This document shows positions 39,729 to 52,137 of a stretch of 64,000 bases of DNA, in pieces. Source of the stretch: an uncultured Gammaproteobacteria bacterium (GTDB lineage: Bacteria; Pseudomonadota; Gammaproteobacteria; SZUA-229). The first letter of the stretch is position 1. Every line of letters starts with the position of its first letter. The notes under the pieces were generated by a model that was not told the DNA's origin, ran no database searches, and was given only the letters and a program-made list of their open reading frames with translations. Location of the stretch: positions 65,782-129,781 of the forward strand of contig CAVRHW010000031.1 of NCBI GenBank assembly GCA_963721085.1. Reading direction: 5' to 3'. The translations under genes were made by a program, and so were the position numbers.

Positions 39729-41291
39729 CTGAGTAAAAGGCTTTTGCACTCTACCCTGACGGTTGGAGGCATGACACTGGTGTCGCGGGTTTTCGGGCTG
39801 TTGCGCGATGTTACCCTGGCCACTATTTTCGGCGCCAGTGGCGGCACCGATGCTTTTCTGGTCGCTTTCAAAATACCGAATTTTATGCGCAGACTATTCG
39901 GAGAAGGCGCATTTTCGCAGGCGTTCGTACCCGTTTTCTCGGAATACCGCGAAAAACGCAGCAGAGAAGAACTGCAGGATTTGCTCGACCACGTTGCTGG
40001 AAAACTCGGTGGCATATTGTTACTCATAGCCATCACCGGCTCTCTGGCCGCACCATGGCTGGTCTATTTGTTCGGCCCGGGATTCAAATTCGGTGACTCA
40101 CCTGGGCGGTTCGAGCTCACTGCCGAAATGCTGCGAATTACCTTCCCTTATATGTTCTTTATATCACTGGTGGCCTTTGCCGGCGGTATTCTGAATAGTT
40201 GTGGACGTTTTGGCATTCCCGCGTTCACACCGGTATTACTCAATGTATGCCTGATCGCGGCGGCTTACTGGTTTGCGCCTTATTTCGACCAGCCACTAAT
40301 GGCGCTGGCCTGGGGCGTGTTCGTCGCCGGTGTCATACAGCTATTATTTCAGATCCCTTCATTATTAAAGCTCGGACTGCTGCCTCGACCGCGGCTTGTA
40401 CACCGCCACGAGGGCGTGAGCAAAATTCTGCGCCTGATGCTGCCAGCGGTGATCGGTTCCTCGGTGATGCAGATCAATCTGCTGCTCGACACCGTAATCG
40501 CTTCGTTTCTGGCCGTGGGCAGCGTGACCTGGCTGTATTACTCTGACCGTCTGCTGGAATTTCCGCTGGGCGTGCTCGGTATCGCGGTCGCTACCGTGAT
40601 TCTGCCCGCTCTGTCCGACCAGCATGCGCGCGAGTCCAGTACTGAATTTAACACCACCCTGAACTGGGCCAGCCGCCTGGTGCTGGTGATTGCGATGCCC
40701 GCCTGTGTCGGCATGGTCGTGCTTGCCGCGCCGGTGCTGACCACCTTGTTTGGTTATGGCGAGTTCGGCGCCCGCGATGTTCATCTGGCCAGCCTCAGTC
40801 TGATGGCTTTTATGCTTGGCCTGCCTGCATTCATACTGGTCAAGGTACTGGCGCCGGGCTATTACGCGCGCCAGGACACCAGAACCCCGGTGCGGATCGC
40901 GATCATCGCCATGGTCAGCAATATGGTCCTGAACCTCGCCTTTGTTCTGCCACTGGTTCTGTCTGATTATGAAGCGCCGCACGTCGGGCTCGCGCTGGCC
41001 ACTTCCAGCTCGGCCTATCTCAATGCTTTCCTGCTTTACCGCGGGCTGCGTAAAAACGGGATTTTCACGCCGACTCCCGGCTGGGGCCGGCTTTTCATGC
41101 AGATCGCCCTCGCATCTGCAGCGATGGCACTGCTACTCTGGCAAATCACTCCAGCGCTGTCCGCCTGGAGCAGCTGGCACGCGGTTGAGCGCCTGGCACA
41201 CCTGGGTCTGGTTATCATACTCGCGGCCTGCTGTTATTTTGCTGTGCTCTGGATTGCAGGCATGCGTCCTGCTGTGCTGAGGCGACACTGA
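39729..41291 (+). CDS. murJ: lipid II flippase MurJ (MviN); start codon uncertain
   Basis: Frame of ORF 39657..41291. Conserved N-terminus ...LLHSTLTVGGMTLVSRVFGLLRDVTLATIFGAS. AGGAG at 39717-39721 sits 7 nt before CTG 39729. TTG 39744 and ATG 39771 are alternative starts. Confidence 0.85.
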   Translation: MSKRLLHSTLTVGGMTLVSRVFGLLRDVTLATIFGASGGTDAFLVAFKIPNFMRRLFGEGAFSQAFVPVFSEYREKRSREELQDLLDHVAGKLGGILLLIAITGSLAAPWLVYLFGPGFKFGDSPGRFELTAEMLRITFPYMFFISLVAFAGGILNSCGRFGIPAFTPVLLNVCLIAAAYWFAPYFDQPLMALAWGVFVAGVIQLLFQIPSLLKLGLLPRPRLVHRHEGVSKILRLMLPAVIGSSVMQINLLLDTVIASFLAVGSVTWLYYSDRLLEFPLGVLGIAVATVILPALSDQHARESSTEFNTTLNWASRLVLVIAMPACVGMVVLAAPVLTTLFGYGEFGARDVHLASLSLMAFMLGLPAFILVKVLAPGYYARQDTRTPVRIAIIAMVSNMVLNLAFVLPLVLSDYEAPHVGLALATSSSAYLNAFLLYRGLRKNGIFTPTPGWGRLFMQIALASAAMALLLWQITPALSAWSSWHAVERLAHLGLVIILAACCYFAVLWIAGMRPAVLRRH

Positions 41292-42246
41292 TGCAACTGA
41301 TCCGCGGGCTTTACAATCTACGTCCGGAAAACAGGGGCTGCGTGCTCAGCATCGGCAATTTCGACGGCCTGCATCTCGGCCATCAGGCCCTGCTCAAACT
41401 GCTATGCCAGCAGGCCGGGAGTTACAGACTCGCTCCTGTCTGCTCAGTTTCGAACCACTGCCGCACGAATATTTCAATCAGAAGCACGGCAAGCCGGGCA
41501 GCAGCCGACTGATGAACACGCGGGAAAAACTCATCACCCTGCAACAACTGGACTCCGACCTGTGTCCGGACGCACTGATGCTGATGCGTTTTTCAGACCG
41601 GCTGGCCGAGATGCGCGCGACCGATTTTATCCAGCAGGTCCTGGTCGAATCGCTGGCCATACGCGCGCTGGTGATCGGTGATGATTTTCGTTTCGGTCGC
41701 GGTCGTGAAGGCAGTATCGAAACCCTGGAACAGGCCGCCCGAGAGCACGGCTTTACCATCACTTCGCTCTCGACCCACGTGCTCGATGATTTGCGGGTGA
41801 GCAGCACCCGGGTTCGTGAAGCACTGCAACAGGATCGACTGGCCGATGCTACGCGCATGCTGGATCGCGAATACAAAATTTGCGGCCGAGTGGTGCACGG
41901 TGAAAAACGCGGTCGCACGATCGGCTTCCCGACCGCAAATATTCGCCTGAAACGCACAGCCAGCCCGCTCCACGGCGTGTATTCTGTTACCATGCACACT
42001 ATAGAGCACGGTGCGCTGCCCGCGATCGCAAATCTCGGCACACGACCAACCGTATCGGGAACGGAGATCCGCCTCGAAGTCCACGCATTCGATTTTTCCG
42101 GTGACCTCTACGGGCAAAACGTATGCGTTGCCTTCCATGAAAAAATACGTGACGAGCTAAAATTTGATGGCCTGGATGCGCTCAAACAACAGATCGCGAT
42201 GGATTGCGAAACCGCAAAACAGCAATTAAGAATGAATAATGAATAA
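41291..42246 (+). pseudogene. ribF: bifunctional riboflavin kinase/FMN adenylyltransferase RibF; frame interrupted once as assembled
   Basis: ORF 41291..41512 (MQLIRGLYNL...SIGNFDGLHLGHQALL) continues in ORF 41404..42246 (...LLSFEPLPHEYF...GEKRGRTIGFPTAN). The shift is at the GGCCGGGA stretch, about 41414-41420. Confidence 0.9.
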
Positions 42247-42327
42247 TGAAAATTTAATCAACAATTGCTGATTTTTTGAAAACATTATTCATTATTAATT
42301 ATCCATTATTCATTAGTTTCTAAAACC

Positions 42328-45158
42328 ATGGCTGACTACAAACACACTCTCAACCTGCCGCACACTGAATTCCCGATGCGCGGCAATCTTGCGCAACGCG
42401 AACCGGAAATGCTCAAGGCATGGGAAGAGAGCAATCTCTACCAGAAAATCCGCAAGGTCTGTGACGGACGGCCGACCTTTGTGCTGCACGATGGCCCGCC
42501 TTATGCCAATGGCGACATTCATATCGGTCACGCAGTCAACAAGATTCTGAAAGATATTATTATCAAGAGCCGCACGCTCGACGGTTTTGATGCGCGTTAT
42601 ATTCCCGGCTGGGACTGCCACGGCCTGCCGATCGAATTGATGGTTGAGAAAAAAGTCGGTAAAGCCGGCGTCAAGGTCGACGCCAAAACCTTTCGCCAGA
42701 AATGTCGCGAATACGCAGCGAAACAGGTCGACGGCCAGCGCCGTGATTTTAAACGCCTGGGCGTGCTCGGTGACTGGGACGAGCCCTATCTCACCATGGA
42801 TTTTAAATTCGAAGCCAACATCGTGCGCTCGCTCGGCAAGGTGATCGAAAACGGACACATACACAAGGGCAGCAAGCCGGTGCACTGGTGCCTGGACTGC
42901 GGTTCCGCGCTGGCCGAAGCCGAAGTCGAATACAAAGATAAAGAATCACCCGCGATCGACGTTATTTTCCGCGCTGTCGATAACGCAGCGTTTCTCAAAG
43001 CTTTCGATTGCGATCAGGGTGAAGGCGATGTCGCGCTTGTGATCTGGACCACCACACCCTGGACCCTGCCCGCGAATCAGGCGGTGGCGCTGAACCCGGA
43101 ATTCGATTATCAATTGATCCAGGTGCAAACCGAGAACGGCCCGCTGCGCCTGGTGCTGGAAACCACTCTGGCCGATGCCGCGCTGCAACGCTACGGCCTG
43201 ACTGACAACAAAAACGCTGGCAACCACCAAAGGCAGCGCACTGGAAAATCTTTTACTGAAGCATCCGTTTTATAACAAACAGGTGCCGGTGATTCTGGGC
43301 GATCATGTCACCACCGAAGCCGGTACCGGCGCGGTGCACACCGCACCCGGTCACGGCCAGGACGACTTTGTTGTCGGTCAGCGTTACGGGCTTGAAGTTT
43401 ACAATCCGGTCGGCGGTGACGGTGTGTTTTTACCCGACACCGAATTGTTCGCAGGCATTCATGTCAACAAGGCCAACGATGTCATTCTCGAAACACTGCG
43501 CAACAATCATGCACTGCTGAAACTGGCAAAACTGCAACACAGTTATCCCTGTTGCTGGCGACATAAAACGCCGATCATTTTCCGCGCCACGCCGCAATGG
43601 TTTATCAGCATGGAGCAAAATGATTTGCGCAAACATGCGATGCAGGAAATTGCCAGAACACGAATGGTTGCCCGACTGGGGCCGCGCACGCATCGAAGGC
43701 ATGGTAAAAAACCGGCCCGACTGGTGTATTTCCAGACAGCGCACCTGGGGCGTACCGATCACTTTATTCGTACACAAAGAAAGCGGTGAGCTGCATCCCG
43801 ATACTGCCGGCCTGATCGAACAGGTGGCACAACGTATCGAACAAAAAGGCATTGATGCCTGGTTCGATCTAGATGCGTCAGAACTACTCGGCGAAGATGC
43901 AACACATTACGACAAAACCAGCGACACACTCGATGTCTGGTTCGACTCTGGCGTGACCCACGCCTGCGTGCTCGGTCAACGCGATAAAGTCACGTTTCCT
44001 GCCGATCTGTATCTTGAAGGTTCTGATCAGCACCGCGGCTGGTTTCAGTCTTCCTTGTTGACCTCGGTGGCGATGAATAATGTAGCGCCTTACAAATCGG
44101 TATTGACCCATGGCTTCACTGTCGATGCCAACGGTCACAAAATGTCGAAGTCACTCGGCAATGTGCTGGCACCGCAAAAAGTGGTTAATTCGCTGGGCGC
44201 GGATATTCTTCGTCTCTGGGTCGCGAGCAGCGATTACAGCGCGGAAATGACCGTGTCAGATGAAATCCTGAAACGCGCTGCCGACTCCTATCGCCGCATC
44301 CGTAACACTGCGCGTTTTCTGCTCGCCAACCTCAACGGTTTTGATCCTGCACAGGACAAGCTCAAAGCCGAAGACATGCTCTCGCTGGATCGCTGGGCAG
44401 TGGCACGCAGCGCACAGCTGCAAAATGAAATTATCGAAGCGTATCGCAGTTATAATTTCCACACCATATACCAGCAGCTGCACAACTTCTGCTCGGTCGA
44501 CATGGGAAGTTTTTATCTCGATATTATCAAAGACCGGCAGTACACCACGCAGACCAACAGCATCGCACGTCGCTCTGCGCAAACTGCGCTGTATCACATT
44601 GTCGAAGCGATGTGCCGCTGGATGGCGCCGATTCTGAGTTTTACTGCAGAAGAACTCTGGCAACAGATTCCTGGCAAGCATAGTGACTCGGTTCTGCTCG
44701 AAACCTGGTACGGTGATTTGTTCGAACTCGATAACAACGACACACTTAACATGGAGTCCTGGCTGCGCATCCTGGAAACACGCAGCGCAGTGAGCAAACA
44801 GCTGGAAACATTGCGCGGCAGCAATCAGATTGGCTCTTCGCTCGATGCCGAAGTGACTCTGTTCTGTAACGGTAGCTTGCAAACCGACCTGAACAAACTG
44901 GATGATGAACTACGTTTTGTACTGATTACATCGGAGGCCGATACCCAGGCGCCCGATGCGTCCAATCCTGATGCAGTGATGACCAGGCTGGATAGCGGTG
45001 AAACTCTGGGAATCTACGCCCGTGCCTCGACACACAGCAAATGTATTCGTTGCTGGCACCATCGTGCAGATGTGGGCAAGAACAGCGAGCATCCTGAATT
45101 GTGCGGGCGCTGTGTCGAAAATGTTGCAGGGAGCGGCGAGCAACGCCGCTTTGCATAA
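42328..45158 (+). pseudogene. ileS: isoleucine--tRNA ligase IleS; frame interrupted twice as assembled
   Basis: Three ORF pieces (42328..43275, 43283..43789, 43620..45158) join into a colinear IleRS: [12 protein letters not shown] ... [24 protein letters not shown] ... [30 protein letters not shown] ... KMSKSLGN ... C-terminal CIRCWHH..CGRC. Shifts lie near the A5 run 43210-43214 and near 43650-43665. Confidence 0.95.
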
Positions 45159-45160
45159 AC

Positions 45161-45628
45161 ATGATGAAGTGGCTCTGGCTCAGTGTGTTGGCGGTGGTAC
45201 TCGATCAGATCAGCAAGCAGATAGCGAATGCGCAACTGGTGATTCATCATTCGCTTGCAATTTTTCCGGGTTTCAACTTCACTCTTATTTACAATGAAGG
45301 TGCGGCGTTCAGTTTTCTCAGTAATGCCGGCGGCTGGCAGCGCTGGTTTTTTACTATGCTATCGATTGTCATCAGTGCTGTGCTGTTTGTCTGGTTGAAA
45401 AAACTTGATCACAGTAAACGCATGCTTGCGGCCGGGCTTGCCTTCATACTGGGTGGCGCTATTGGTAACCTGATCGACCGCGTTGTTTATGGTCATGTTA
45501 TTGATTTTATCGACGTGTATTATAAAAACTATCACTGGCCTGCTTTTAATCTTGCGGACTCTGCAATCACACTGGGTGCCACCCTGCTGATTTTAGATAT
45601 GCTTCTGGAACGAAAAACACATGGCTGA
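45161..45628 (+). CDS. lspA: lipoprotein signal peptidase II
   Basis: Frame of ORF 45101..45628. ATG 45161 lies 2 nt after the ileS stop. MMKWLWLSVLAVVLDQISK...NEGAAFSFL...GGAIGNLIDR...FNLADS. Confidence 0.9.
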   Translation: MMKWLWLSVLAVVLDQISKQIANAQLVIHHSLAIFPGFNFTLIYNEGAAFSFLSNAGGWQRWFFTMLSIVISAVLFVWLKKLDHSKRMLAAGLAFILGGAIGNLIDRVVYGHVIDFIDVYYKNYHWPAFNLADSAITLGATLLILDMLLERKTHG

Positions 45629-46082
45629 TGAAATCAACATGCACAGTCTGGTACTGATGCATTACAGCATCACGCTGACCAATGGAACCGAGATCGAAAG
45701 CAGTTTCGATGAAGAGCCGATGGAAGTCAGAATGGGTCATGGCGATCTTACTGAAGGTATGGAGCTGGCGATCTTCGGTTTAAAAGAAGGTGATACCCAG
45801 ACTTTAACTTTGACACCGGAACAGGGCTTTGGTGTTCGCGATGAAGACAATATTCATCCCATGCCCCTGTCTGATTTCCCAGAAGAAATCAGGGCCGAGG
45901 AGGGCATGACTTATTTGTTTGGCACTCCGGAAGGTGACGATATTCCCGGCACCGTGCTGGCCATACACGACGAGGTTGCCGATGTTGATTTCAATCATCC
46001 GCTCGCCGGTTACGAACTGGTGTTCAGCGTACAGATTCTTGGCGTGGACAACGCACACGTACAGGCCTATGAGGGTTCATGA
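45621..46082 (+). CDS. fkpB: FKBP-type peptidyl-prolyl isomerase (FkpB/SlpA-like)
   Basis: 153 aa. [18 protein letters not shown]...[20 protein letters not shown]. Lies in the conserved ileS-lspA-fkpB-ispH position. Confidence 0.85.
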   Translation: MADEINMHSLVLMHYSITLTNGTEIESSFDEEPMEVRMGHGDLTEGMELAIFGLKEGDTQTLTLTPEQGFGVRDEDNIHPMPLSDFPEEIRAEEGMTYLFGTPEGDDIPGTVLAIHDEVADVDFNHPLAGYELVFSVQILGVDNAHVQAYEGS

Positions 46083-47020
46083 GCATGGACGTATATCTGG
46101 CTAATCCGCGTGGATTTTGTGCAGGGGTTGACCGCGCTATTGAGATCGTCGAACGTGCTCTGGAGATTTTTGGCGCACCTGTTTATGTACGCCACGAAGT
46201 CGTACACAACCGCTATGTGGTCAATGACCTGATCAACAAGGGTGCGGTATTTGTCGAAGAGCTGAACGAAGTTCCGGACAATGCCACAGTGATATTCAGC
46301 GCGCACGGCGTTTCACAAAGCGTACGCGCAGAAGCCGAAAACCGTACGCTACAGGTTTTCGACGCCACCTGCCCGTTGGTCACCAAGGTGCATCTTGAAG
46401 TGGCGCGCCATGCCAAAGACGGTGACGATGTCATCCTGATTGGCCACGCCGGCCACCCCGAAGTGGAAGGCACGCTTGGCCAGTACGACGCTGGATCGAC
46501 AGGCGATATTTTTCTGATCGAAACACTGCAGGACGCCAATAACATTCAGATACACGACGCCAGCAAACTCGCCTATGTCACCCAGACCACTTTATCGGTG
46601 GACGATACACTGGAAATTATTGACACCCTGAAAGCACGTTTTCCGGATATCAAAGGCCCACGCAAAGATGATATTTGCTACGCCACGCAAAATCGCCAGG
46701 ACGCAGTACGCGAACTGGCAAAAAAAGTAGACGTGGTCCTGGTGATCGGTTCTGCCAACAGCTCAAACTCCAACCGCTTGCGTGAACTCGCCGAAAAACA
46801 GGGTGTACGCGCCTATTTAATAGATCAGGCAGAAGACATTAAAGATGAATGGATGCAGGACGTAAAAGCAGTCGGCGTCACTGCGGGCGCCTCGGCACCG
46901 GAATTACTGGTAGGCGCTGTTATGGATGCGTTAGAACAAAAATATAACGCTATTAGTCATGTCGATAGCGGTAATACCGAATCGGTGCATTTTCAGCTGC
47001 CCAGAGCACTCAGAAGCTGA
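46079..47020 (+). CDS. ispH: 4-hydroxy-3-methylbut-2-enyl diphosphate reductase
   Basis: 313 aa. [18 protein letters not shown]...VRHEVVHN...[11 protein letters not shown]...ICYATQNRQ. Confidence 0.95.
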   Translation: MSMDVYLANPRGFCAGVDRAIEIVERALEIFGAPVYVRHEVVHNRYVVNDLINKGAVFVEELNEVPDNATVIFSAHGVSQSVRAEAENRTLQVFDATCPLVTKVHLEVARHAKDGDDVILIGHAGHPEVEGTLGQYDAGSTGDIFLIETLQDANNIQIHDASKLAYVTQTTLSVDDTLEIIDTLKARFPDIKGPRKDDICYATQNRQDAVRELAKKVDVVLVIGSANSSNSNRLRELAEKQGVRAYLIDQAEDIKDEWMQDVKAVGVTAGASAPELLVGAVMDALEQKYNAISHVDSGNTESVHFQLPRALRS

Positions 47021-47027
47021 ACACATA

Positions 47028-47062
47028 AAAAAACAGAGGCCCGGTGCGGGCCTCTGTTTTTT
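47028..47062. terminator. bidirectional rho-independent terminator between convergent ispH and pilE
   Basis: AAAAAAA-CAGAGGCCCG-GTG-CGGGCCTCTG-TTTTTT (stem 47034-47056). Confidence 0.85.
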
Positions 47063-47081
47063 GTTTCCACCTTGAATAATT

Positions 47082-47500
47082 CTACCAGCAGGCGGCAGGT
47101 GTTTTTACGCCGGTTGAATCCAGCGTCATTGTTGTACAGTCACCAGCACTCGTGGTTGTATCATTCGCCTGTGGCTTGCCCGCCACTGCAACTGCCGTTG
47201 CTGTGTATCCTGTCGTTGGCGTCTGCGCGCAGTCAACTGAAAGCGTATAATACCCCTCATCCGAAGTTGTACGATCATGTTCAAACCTGAGCTGTGGTAG
47301 AAGTCGTATAGGTATTGTTCTGCAGATAAAACCTTTCCTCTCTGTCGACAATTTTGGTCAACGCCACCTTGGCATCCGAGCGACGGGACTTTTTCATGTA
47401 CTTGTCATAACTGGGGTAAGCGATTGCACTGATAATACCAATGATCGCCACCACCACCATGAGCTCTATCAGCGTAAAGCCTTTGCTTGTCGTTAATCAT
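47082..47500 (-). pseudogene. pilE: type IV pilin PilE-like (prepilin N-terminal methylation motif); frame interrupted twice as assembled
   Basis: ATG 47500 lies after AGAGGA. My translation gives MINDKQ, then a shift at AAA 47482-47484, then [41 protein letters not shown]...[11 protein letters not shown] second shift leads into ORF 47082..47351 (C-terminal disulfide-loop region ...DCTTMTLDSTGVKTPAACW). Confidence 0.8.
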
Positions 47501-47531
47501 ATAATGTCCTCTTTAAATTCCTGTCGTCAGC

Positions 47532-50500
47532 TTACTGCTCTTGTTCGTACCAGTAAGATTTCTGTACTGTATTAGATACACTCGCTTTCGTGCATTCCGC
47601 ACCCACACACAATGTGGCCACACCTGTATCTGTAACAATAACGTTAGGTGAAGGCGGAATACCGGTACGTGTCAATTTCGTATTAGCGTTCCGGCGCTGT
47701 ACCCACCGTACCCGTATGATAGGTAGGCGTGCCATCGACCACCTGAACATAATACACCTTACCCAAACCGGCATTCGGCGTACAACCTGCGGTTCCAGTC
47801 GAGGTAGATGCAATGGGTGTATAGGTGGTGAAAATCGCGCTGCCATTCAAAATCAGCGGTTCAGAGAGACCTTTTTCACCAATAAATGCACCACCGTCAG
47901 CTTGTCTGCTTCAGATCGATATACCAGCCTTGGTCGTACTGCTTGAGACGCCGCTGCAGTTGCTGCTGGGTCGTTGTTGGCGTGGCATGTACCATCGCCA
48001 CCGCAATGAGATTAGCCGTGGTATCGAACAGATCGGATTCGGTCACCATCTTGGACGCATAATCAGAATTGGCTGGCTTGTTATATACATCGGTGTCACG
48101 AATCATATAAGCGCGATCATGTACCGTGGTATTCAACGGATGCGCACGATAGCCTGATACCGCAACCACTGATAAATAAGGCGGTTTGCCAGGTTCTGCT
48201 ATCAAAGCCACATCGGGTGGATAGTAGAAGCGACGCGTAGCCGTGGTATCAGAATCCACTGCCAGGTCGGCAATACGACCGCCTGTGATCAGAGTCGACA
48301 GATTAGTGCTGGTATCGCTGGCCTTGATATCAAAGCGCCATATCTGGCCACCCATATCACCTGCATAGAGACGATCGATATAACCATCACCATCCATATC
48401 CAGCGCCTTGATTCGACCGGGGATACTGTACTTCATATCAGTCATCTGCGTGCTGGCGCCACTGTCCGGGCCGGCGCGCCAGAGCATCTGGCCGGTAATC
48501 GCATCGACTATATAGATGCCTCGACCAACGGTATCAGGCGTTCTTACTGTATCGCTGTCCTGCGCAGTGTCATAACCTGCGCCAAAGATCAGCACTTCGC
48601 GATCCGCTACCCCCCAGTTTGAGTTTGGCAAGATCAGGTGCTGACCAGGTCTGGCCAAGCTCAGCAAAATCACCGACTCCACCTTCGATCATCCAGCGCA
48701 GTTTCGGGTGCGTTCTGTCACTGACGTCCAGTAGAATAAATATTGCGACCACCGCGGCGCTGACCAAAGTACAGATAAACAAAATCACCTGCGCCAGTAT
48801 CGATGGTGCCATCGTGGCTCACGTCATTGATCCAGGGAATCACATCGCCATCGAGTCCGTAAGACTTGCCGCTCGCGGAGTCATCAAATATTGTGCTCAG
48901 GTTGGGCAGCAGCTCCTGCGGCACAAAACTGAAGTATTCCTGCCCCGTCAGCGAATTGAACGCGTGCAGATAGCCATCATTGGTAGCGACATAAGCCACC
49001 AGGTCCGTGGATCGCCGGTGCCTGTCAAGGCCATACTGCACCAGCCCTGGCTGAGCATGCAATGGATCGCCCATAATGCGTCTGGCCTGGATCGCTTCTG
49101 TAGTATTGTCGATATCATAGCCCTGAGCCCACATCAGCAAAGCGGTTTGATAAGACACGGTGACGTCGGCTACTGTTATGTCTGTAAGTCACATCCGAGT
49201 TCGATGCCACACCGCCGAGCATAGTGTCGGTGATATTGGTGTTGCTCTGACTCAGCAAATTCGTTGAGGAAGTCAGATCGCCGGTAACTCCGGATGGACT
49301 CATCACACCATTGTTGTTGGAATAGGTACCCGTAAAGGTATAAACATTCCTGGGCGGCGTGCCATCTGGAGACGGAAGCGTCAACCTGCTGGCAGCACCA
49401 CCTATGGCCGGATCGGCACCATCAGGCGCATCAGCCGCTGCCGTCCAGTAGCTGACACTGGTGTCTTTAAAGAAGCCCGTTGTCGGGTCAACAGCATCCA
49501 CGCCGTTTTTATCAGCAATAAACGGATCGCCGGTTGTTGTATCGAACGCCAGCTTGAATTTCTTCAGATTACCATTCCAGTGCGGGCCATTGGCTGGTTT
49601 GAACAAAGTGAAATACAGATCGTCCAGATTCGTGGCACGGTTATAGGCATTCACCGACACCGCAGGCGATGAAAACGTCGAACTAACTGCGAGGATCTCT
49701 CCAAGAATTTTGTCAAACACATCCTGCAAACTAGGCGCATCCGTAGCCGGATAAAATTTGCCGCCACCTGCGCTCGCGGTATCTTTCAATAGCGCAATAG
49801 CATCCGTGTCACTTTGAACGTCACCACCAAAACCGATGGTATAAGTAGTAATGGTCTGCTTGCCTACATGAGACGCATAGTCAGTATCACGTTCGGCCAC
49901 ATCATTGTTCTTGGCCCAGCCTGCCAGTTCATCCAGGCAATTATCATCGGTTGCAGTTGCCGAATTAGTAGCATCCAGGTTCGAATTTCCCCAGGGCGAG
50001 GCCGGAGAAGCATCACATGGACCCCGCCGGGAAAGTACTGGCCAGCGATTTCTGTCGAGTAATACTTAGAAAATCTGAAGTCGGCGCACCATCTGTGAGA
50101 TACACAATAAAGTTTTTCTGGCAAACATCGCTTAACGGTGTTTGATAATATTTATTTCCGGTACCGTTTTCCGTACTCCCGGTCTGATTGCTCGGGTTCG
50201 CTGCATTCCCATAATCAACCGCCTTTCCGCCAAAATACCGCAAGGCCTCATAATAGGTTTCTGACAGGGGCGTGCTGCCATTCGCTTGCAGGGTTTTAAC
50301 TCGTGAATTAAAATCGTTACGGCTGGATTTTACATCTGCGCACGGGTACACAACCGAACCACCTTCACCGCCGCTATCGTAGACCATCAGACAAATATTA
50401 ATATTGTTGTTGGTGTCTACAATGCCTTCAACTGCATCCTTAACGACATCAAGTCGTGACGGTGCCGGGCTTTGCAGCAGGGCACTCGGATCATTCAGAT

Positions 50501-51161
50501 AGTTGAGATAATTGCCATCGTACAGATATAACATGCCATTGGTGCTACTCCATATTGAGGGTGATGTTGCAGTATTGGTCCAGCCACCACTATTGTTAAT
50601 CCACATATTTGGGGTTGGAGCGGCGTTGCTGCCGTGAAGGCCCGCATCTGCTTTACATTCAACCGGATAATTCCGTCGCGTGCTGTTTCGGTTTCTGGTA
50701 AAGTCCTGCCATCTAGACCCGGTGGATTGCGCCATCTGATCGCTGTAAAAACCATTTTTTTGCAGCGGTCCGGCAGTAGCGTCGGTCACCACGCCATTAT
50801 CATATGTCTTGACCGAGTTATCACAGTTGTTAGCCGTTTTAAGAAAAGCGTAGTTGAGACTGTTCGATGGTTTATTTTTGTTGCTCTGGGTAAAATAAAT
50901 ATAGTCTTTGTCATAAGTATTCCACGATTTCCCGCCTCCGGCATAAGTCTGGGTGTAATCATAAGGAACTCTGGCATTTACGTCTGAGCTCATACTGCCT
51001 GAGGTATCAACGATGAACATGACATTCGGCTGAATGGTTGCAGAGGCCAGGGAACCCTGGGTGTAGATCTCGATATCATCCGCATGCAATGGAGCCGCCA
51101 CACACATAGCCAGCATGAATCCTGTGAGTAGAGCACTGAATTTATGTTTAATGTTCATCAC
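47532..51161 (-). pseudogene. pilY1: type IV pilus tip adhesin/biogenesis factor PilY1 (vWA N-domain, C-terminal beta-propeller); at least 6 frame interruptions as assembled
   Basis: The pieces are colinear:
- 50013..51161: signal peptide, NVMFIVDTSGSMS vWA MIDAS motif
- 49115..50025
- 48718..49190
- 47897..48682: calcium-site motif DMDGDGYIDRLYAGDMGGQIWRFD
- my own translation DGGAFIGEKGLSEPLILNGSAIFTTYTP
- the tail of 47532..47846: LTRTGIPPSPNVIVTDTG... Confidence 0.85.
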
Positions 51162-51214
51162 ATCAACCTCTTGTTGTATTACTCGCCACCGTAACTGTCA
51201 TATACAGATGGAGC

Positions 51215-51546
51215 TTATTCAGACCAGCGAATCGCCGTCACCTCAGCCGTTTTAGCATTAAACTGGATAAACGCTGCTTTGCCGAACCTGCTTGCGGCAC
51301 GTGATATATCGACTTTTTTTCCATTGACAAACACCTGTGTCTTCGGCGTTATCTTTACGAATTTAAAATCGCAATACGGGCAGGTGATATCCTTAATAAT
51401 GCCCGGTACCATCCTTGCCCAGAAGGATATTCAAGTTTATAGTTTCACTTTCTGCATACGTTTTTTCAGACGGCGTGTGCCTGCGCCTGCGCAGCAACAG
51501 CAAACAGCATAGTCATAACCAGAAACAAACTCGATAAAATTTTCAT
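51215..51546 (-). pseudogene. small secreted protein of unknown function between pilX and pilY1; 2 frame interruptions as assembled
   Basis: ATG 51546 lies after GGAG. My translation gives MKILSSLFLVMTMLFAVAAQAQA, a shift, TPSEKTYAESETINLNILLGKDG, a shift, then ORF 51215..51412 (VPGIIKDITCPYCDFKFVKI...). Confidence 0.5.
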
Positions 51547-51576
51547 GTTATATCTCCGCATGTCTTTCACGCATCA

Positions 51577-52110
51577 TTACTCTGGACAGTCTTTCACCGT
51601 GCCACGTACACCCTGACTCTGAATCGAGCGAGCTATACCACCAGCTGCTGTTGCTGTAACATCTATTTCAAATGTTCTAATCCCAACACCCTTACCTTCC
51701 TGCTGGCTATTGCCAAAGCCCTGTGGTACAGCCTTCGTAGTAACATTGCGTCTGCTGTCGCAGCGCCAGCCTGTACCATCTGGGCAGCCGTCTGACAGGT
51801 CACAGGTCTGCGTTTGTACGGCAGCGGCGGGACATTGCCAGACGGTCAGGCATGTGAGATCTTGACATCAACCGCATTCGCTGAGCTTTCAGGCTGAGAC
51901 AACATATACTGAACACGCGACTGCGCAGCCCTGAAAAGCAATATTGTGCTGCTGCATATTACTCGCAACACGCATCTGCATACTCGAACCGGTCATAGAT
52001 GCAACACCAATCAGCGTCATCACAGTCAGCAGCACCAGCGCCATCACCAGCACCGCACCTGTTCTGCCGGTGTTTATGCTGCATGTATATGTGTGTATGA
52101 GATATGTCAT
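51577..52110 (-). pseudogene. pilX: type IV pilus minor pilin PilX-like; frame interrupted as assembled
   Basis: ORF 51889..52110 carries a PilX_N-type segment (GAVLVMALVLLTVMTLIGVASMTGSSMQMRVASNMQ). The reading continues in other frames to ...RGTVKDCPE-stop at 51577. Confidence 0.65.
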
Positions 52111-52137
52111 TACGCGCTCCGCCTTGTCGGCCAGATA

